A DNA stretch of 64,000 nucleotides from Blepharisma stoltei ATCC 30299. Taxonomy: Eukaryota; Protista; Ciliophora. Below, piece after piece: positions 61,313 through 64,000 of the stretch; the first letter of the stretch is position 1, and each line of letters opens with the position of its first letter. Where the stretch lies: positions 186,001 to 250,000 of the forward strand of contig CBFDEM010000024.1 in the NCBI GenBank assembly GCA_965603825.1, given 5' to 3'. Both the position numbers and the translations under genes were made by a program. The notes under the pieces were generated by a model. That model was not told where the DNA came from. It saw only the letters and a program-made list of their open reading frames with translations, and did no database searches.

Positions 61313-62155
61313 TTACATTATTAAGCAGCCTGCACAAATATTCGCTGATCTTCCTGGCTCAATCTTTTTATTGGAATTAGGAAGATTCATTGAGTAATGA
61401 TTATTTTGCTCACTTGTAAAAGATCTTGGCGCTCCTCTTATTGAGGAACTAAGGCTTCCACTATTGACAGACCTAGTTTTCTTTGTTTGAAGAGTCGGTA
61501 TAAGAGCGTTGATATCATCCACAGCTACTGAAACAGTTTTTGCTCCTAAGTAGACTAGCAAAAGTCCTAATAAACTGCCAAATTTTCCATGAGTAATTGT
61601 TGGCTTATGGATAACAAATAGAACCCCTTTATCAATAAGAAATTTTGATATTTGAGATTGGTTTTGCAATTGGCCATTTTCATTAATGATTTCAAATAGG
61701 GTTTCATCCATACTGATAATTTGTTGATACCAGCTATCTCGTCTAGAAAAATCAAACTTAGTTAGAACCACAGAGCTGTTAAAAGGCAAATAAGGATATA
61801 TAGACTTCGTAATAAAAGATGGGCACCCTTCAGCCATTTCTAAGTGATTTTCTTTCCAAGTCTTAATTCCGCCTAATAAAACTCGAACATCTTCAAATCC
61901 TGAAGCTCGAAAGCCTCAATATGCTTTGGAAGCATATTGATGATCACCCAGGTCATAACAAATTAAAGTTTTGTCATCATCTATTTCGATTGATCTCGCT
62001 TGCTTTATGAATTGCTCGCCATCCTCTTCAAGGCTATATAATACTGAGTTTGGGATGTGCTCGCTTGGAAGTTTCAAGCCAGGAACGCAATATATAAGCA
62101 TATATGTATCTGGGCATTTGTATTTGTATTCTTCGAGATCAATAAAGGGGTTCAT
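61313..62155 (-). CDS. Degenerate rhodanese/sulfurtransferase-like protein with C-terminal CAAX (CLIM), 280 aa
   Basis: HIPNSV, ICYD, ASKAY[TGA=W]GF...GFEDVRVL.GGIKTW; ends CAGCLIM-TAA. Confidence 0.75.
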
Positions 62156-62462
62156 CTTTTAAAGTATAATTAAAGAAAATTGTGAAATTTTCAGTTATTA
62201 ATAGATTTAATTATAAATTATTTTTTTCGTAGTTTCCAATTTTGTTCTCTTTTTAGCTAGAGTTGTTAAGAAATATAAGATGGAGGCGAGCTGGCTATGC
62301 TAAAGTCTTAGCAAAAAGACTCTGATAGTCACTTTTAGCATGTGATAATTTTCTAATATATGATACATTTATTATTCAAAATGCTACCAAAAAATTTGCC
62401 TCCGCCATTCATCTATAGCTCTTCAGAAATGGTGTATCCTTGAAAAGGTACATTTTATAAAT

Positions 62463-63830
62463 ATGTTTAGAGCGCTCACGTCAAGACGTCTTTTTAGCAC
62501 AATCCGTGATCTCAGAGCCCGTGAAATCCTTGACTCTCGTGGAAATCCCACCATAGAAGTAGAATTATTTACAGAAACAAGCATGTTCAGATCTTCAGTC
62601 CCAAGTGGAGCATCCACAGGAGTATACGAAGCAGTAGAGCTCCGTGATAAAGATTTTTCAAGATATCTTGGCAAAGGAGTACTAAAAGCTGTTGATAACG
62701 TGAAATCTATTATAAAACCAGCAATTTTAGGCAGAAATGTCACAGATCAGCAAAATATTGATAAGTTCATGGTCGAAACTTTAGATGGGACCTCCAATGA
62801 ATGGGGCTGGATCAAAAATAAGCTTGGGGCAAATGCTATTTTAGGTGTTTCTCTCTGCTTAGCAAGAGCAGGTGCTGCAGATGCCGGATTGCCTTTATAT
62901 GCATATATCGCCCATCTTGCAGGCAAGCCAATTGATAAATTTATTCTCCCAGTCCCATCCCTTAATGTCATCAACGGTGGTTCTCACGCTGGAAATAATC
63001 TCTCAATGCAAGAATTCATGATTCTTCCAACTGGAGCCCCTAGTTTCCGAGAAGCTCTTAGAATCGGTGCAGAAGTTTACCATTCCCTCAAAAAAGTAAT
63101 TAAAAAGAAATACGGCCTTGATGCCACTAATGTAGGAGATGAAGGTGGATTTGCCCCAAACATCCAAGAAAACGTTGAAGCTTTCATTCTTCTATTAGAA
63201 GCCATCGAAAGCTCAGGCCACGCAGGAAAAGTCAATCTCGGAATGGATGTGGCTGCTTCTGAATTTTTTGTAGCTGATCAGCTTAAATATGATTTAGATT
63301 TCAAAAACCCTAAAAATGATGGAAGATATGTCATAAAAGGCTTTGATCTTGCTGATATGTATCTTAAATTTGCTGAAAGATTCCCATTAGTCTCAATTGA
63401 AGACCCATTCCATGAAGACGATTGGAGCAATACTAAGCTTCTGACTGATAAAATTGGAGAAAAAGTCCAAATTGTAGGGGACGATTTATTGACAACCAAT
63501 CCTGTCAGAGTAAGAAAAGCAATTCAGGAAAAAACATGCAACGCTTTACTATTAAAATTAAACCAAATAGGAACCTTAACTGAATCAATTGAAGCTTGCA
63601 CGCTAGCTCAACAAGCAGGATGGGGAGTTATGGTAAGCCACAGAAGTGGAGAGACTGATGACTACTTTATTGCTGACCTGTGTGTAGGGCTTGGGACTGG
63701 ACAAATCAAGACTGGCGCTCCTTGTAGATCAGAAAGACTTGCTAAGTACAACGAATTGCTGAGAATAGAAGAAGAGCTAGGGGACAGAAGCAAGTATGCT
63801 GGCGATAACTTTAGGAACCCTCAGCTTTAA
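62463..63830 (+). CDS. ENO: Enolase with a presequence-like N-terminal extension
   Basis: [24 protein letters not shown] insert, [16 protein letters not shown]. Confidence 0.98.
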   Translation: MFRALTSRRLFSTIRDLRAREILDSRGNPTIEVELFTETSMFRSSVPSGASTGVYEAVELRDKDFSRYLGKGVLKAVDNVKSIIKPAILGRNVTDQQNIDKFMVETLDGTSNEWGWIKNKLGANAILGVSLCLARAGAADAGLPLYAYIAHLAGKPIDKFILPVPSLNVINGGSHAGNNLSMQEFMILPTGAPSFREALRIGAEVYHSLKKVIKKKYGLDATNVGDEGGFAPNIQENVEAFILLLEAIESSGHAGKVNLGMDVAASEFFVADQLKYDLDFKNPKNDGRYVIKGFDLADMYLKFAERFPLVSIEDPFHEDDWSNTKLLTDKIGEKVQIVGDDLLTTNPVRVRKAIQEKTCNALLLKLNQIGTLTESIEACTLAQQAGWGVMVSHRSGETDDYFIADLCVGLGTGQIKTGAPCRSERLAKYNELLRIEEELGDRSKYAGDNFRNPQL

Positions 63831-63882
63831 TTTAATAATATAGGAGAACTGGAGACATTTTAAATAGTGATTTATCTATAGA

Positions 63883-64000
63883 TTAATGCTGCTCTTCCTC
63901 CAAAAGTTTGTCGTATTGGACTCTGTCTAGTAATTTGTCTAATTCTCCAGGCTGATCGAGTCTAATTTTTGCAATCCACCCATCAGATTCTGCCTGCTGG
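63883..64000 (-). CDS. GCSH: Glycine cleavage system H protein, 3' end (partial)
   Basis: ...AESDGWIAKIRLDQPGELDKLLDRVQYDKLL..TAA resembles the H-protein C-terminus (GW..K.....ELD.L.....Y). Confidence 0.7.
   Translation of the reverse strand, partial: QQAESDGWIAKIRLDQPGELDKLLDRVQYDKLLEEEQH

Noticed and set aside
388-62155. UGA as selenocysteine or cysteine (Euplotes-like), or a context-dependent stop code (Condylostoma-like)
   Set aside because: TGA aligns with Trp, not Cys. No internal TAA or TAG remains after splicing, and no gene here needs TGA as its stop.
972-63499. Many short antisense or alternative-frame ORFs (e.g. 5877-6293, 14325-14579, 22753-22992, 37371-37700, 62423-62743)
   Set aside because: They are shadows of well-supported genes on the other strand or frame and have no motifs of their own.
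1-64000. Mycoplasma or mitochondrial origin (also UGA=Trp)
   Set aside because: Histone H2A, TFIIB, ATG4, an axonemal dynein subunit and spliceosomal introns show a eukaryotic nuclear genome.

Overview
This is AT-rich, very gene-dense eukaryotic DNA with about 47 protein-coding genes and spacers as short as 6 bp. Two properties explain almost all of the fragmentation in the supplied ORF track. First, TGA is a sense codon for Trp: it sits on invariant Trp positions of TFIIB, UFD1, ATG4, PIG-C, CASC1 and Amt, and every reconstructed gene ends in TAA or TAG. Second, genes carry tiny GT-AG introns, eight of 15 nt and one of 16 nt, all with an A six nucleotides from the 3' end. This combination matches a heterotrich ciliate macronuclear genome of the Blepharisma type (taxon inferred). 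Recognisable genes are GPCAT/Gpc1, UFD1, RPL35, TFIIB, RPS16, H2A, SWEET, two Amt paralogues, an AGC kinase, PIG-C, CASC1/DNAI7, TcdA-like, DP, a sorting nexin, ATG4, Hikeshi, an O-methyltransferase, a P5B ATPase, NAAA/acid ceramidase, an SCP phosphatase, NudC, enolase and a partial GCSH. The most unusual items are: a tandem Amt pair with both pore histidines replaced by Phe and a shared 26-bp upstream element; a secreted three-blade RSL-like fucose lectin; an enolase with a mitochondrial-type presequence; a candidate TEBP-beta/TPP1 OB-fold protein; a double claudin-like protein head-to-head (24 bp) with a 2058-aa surface protein; and a FAIM-like protein with DPF/NPF endocytic motifs. Family assignments come from recalled motifs, not database searches. 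No rRNA, tRNA, mobile element or telomeric repeat was recognised.
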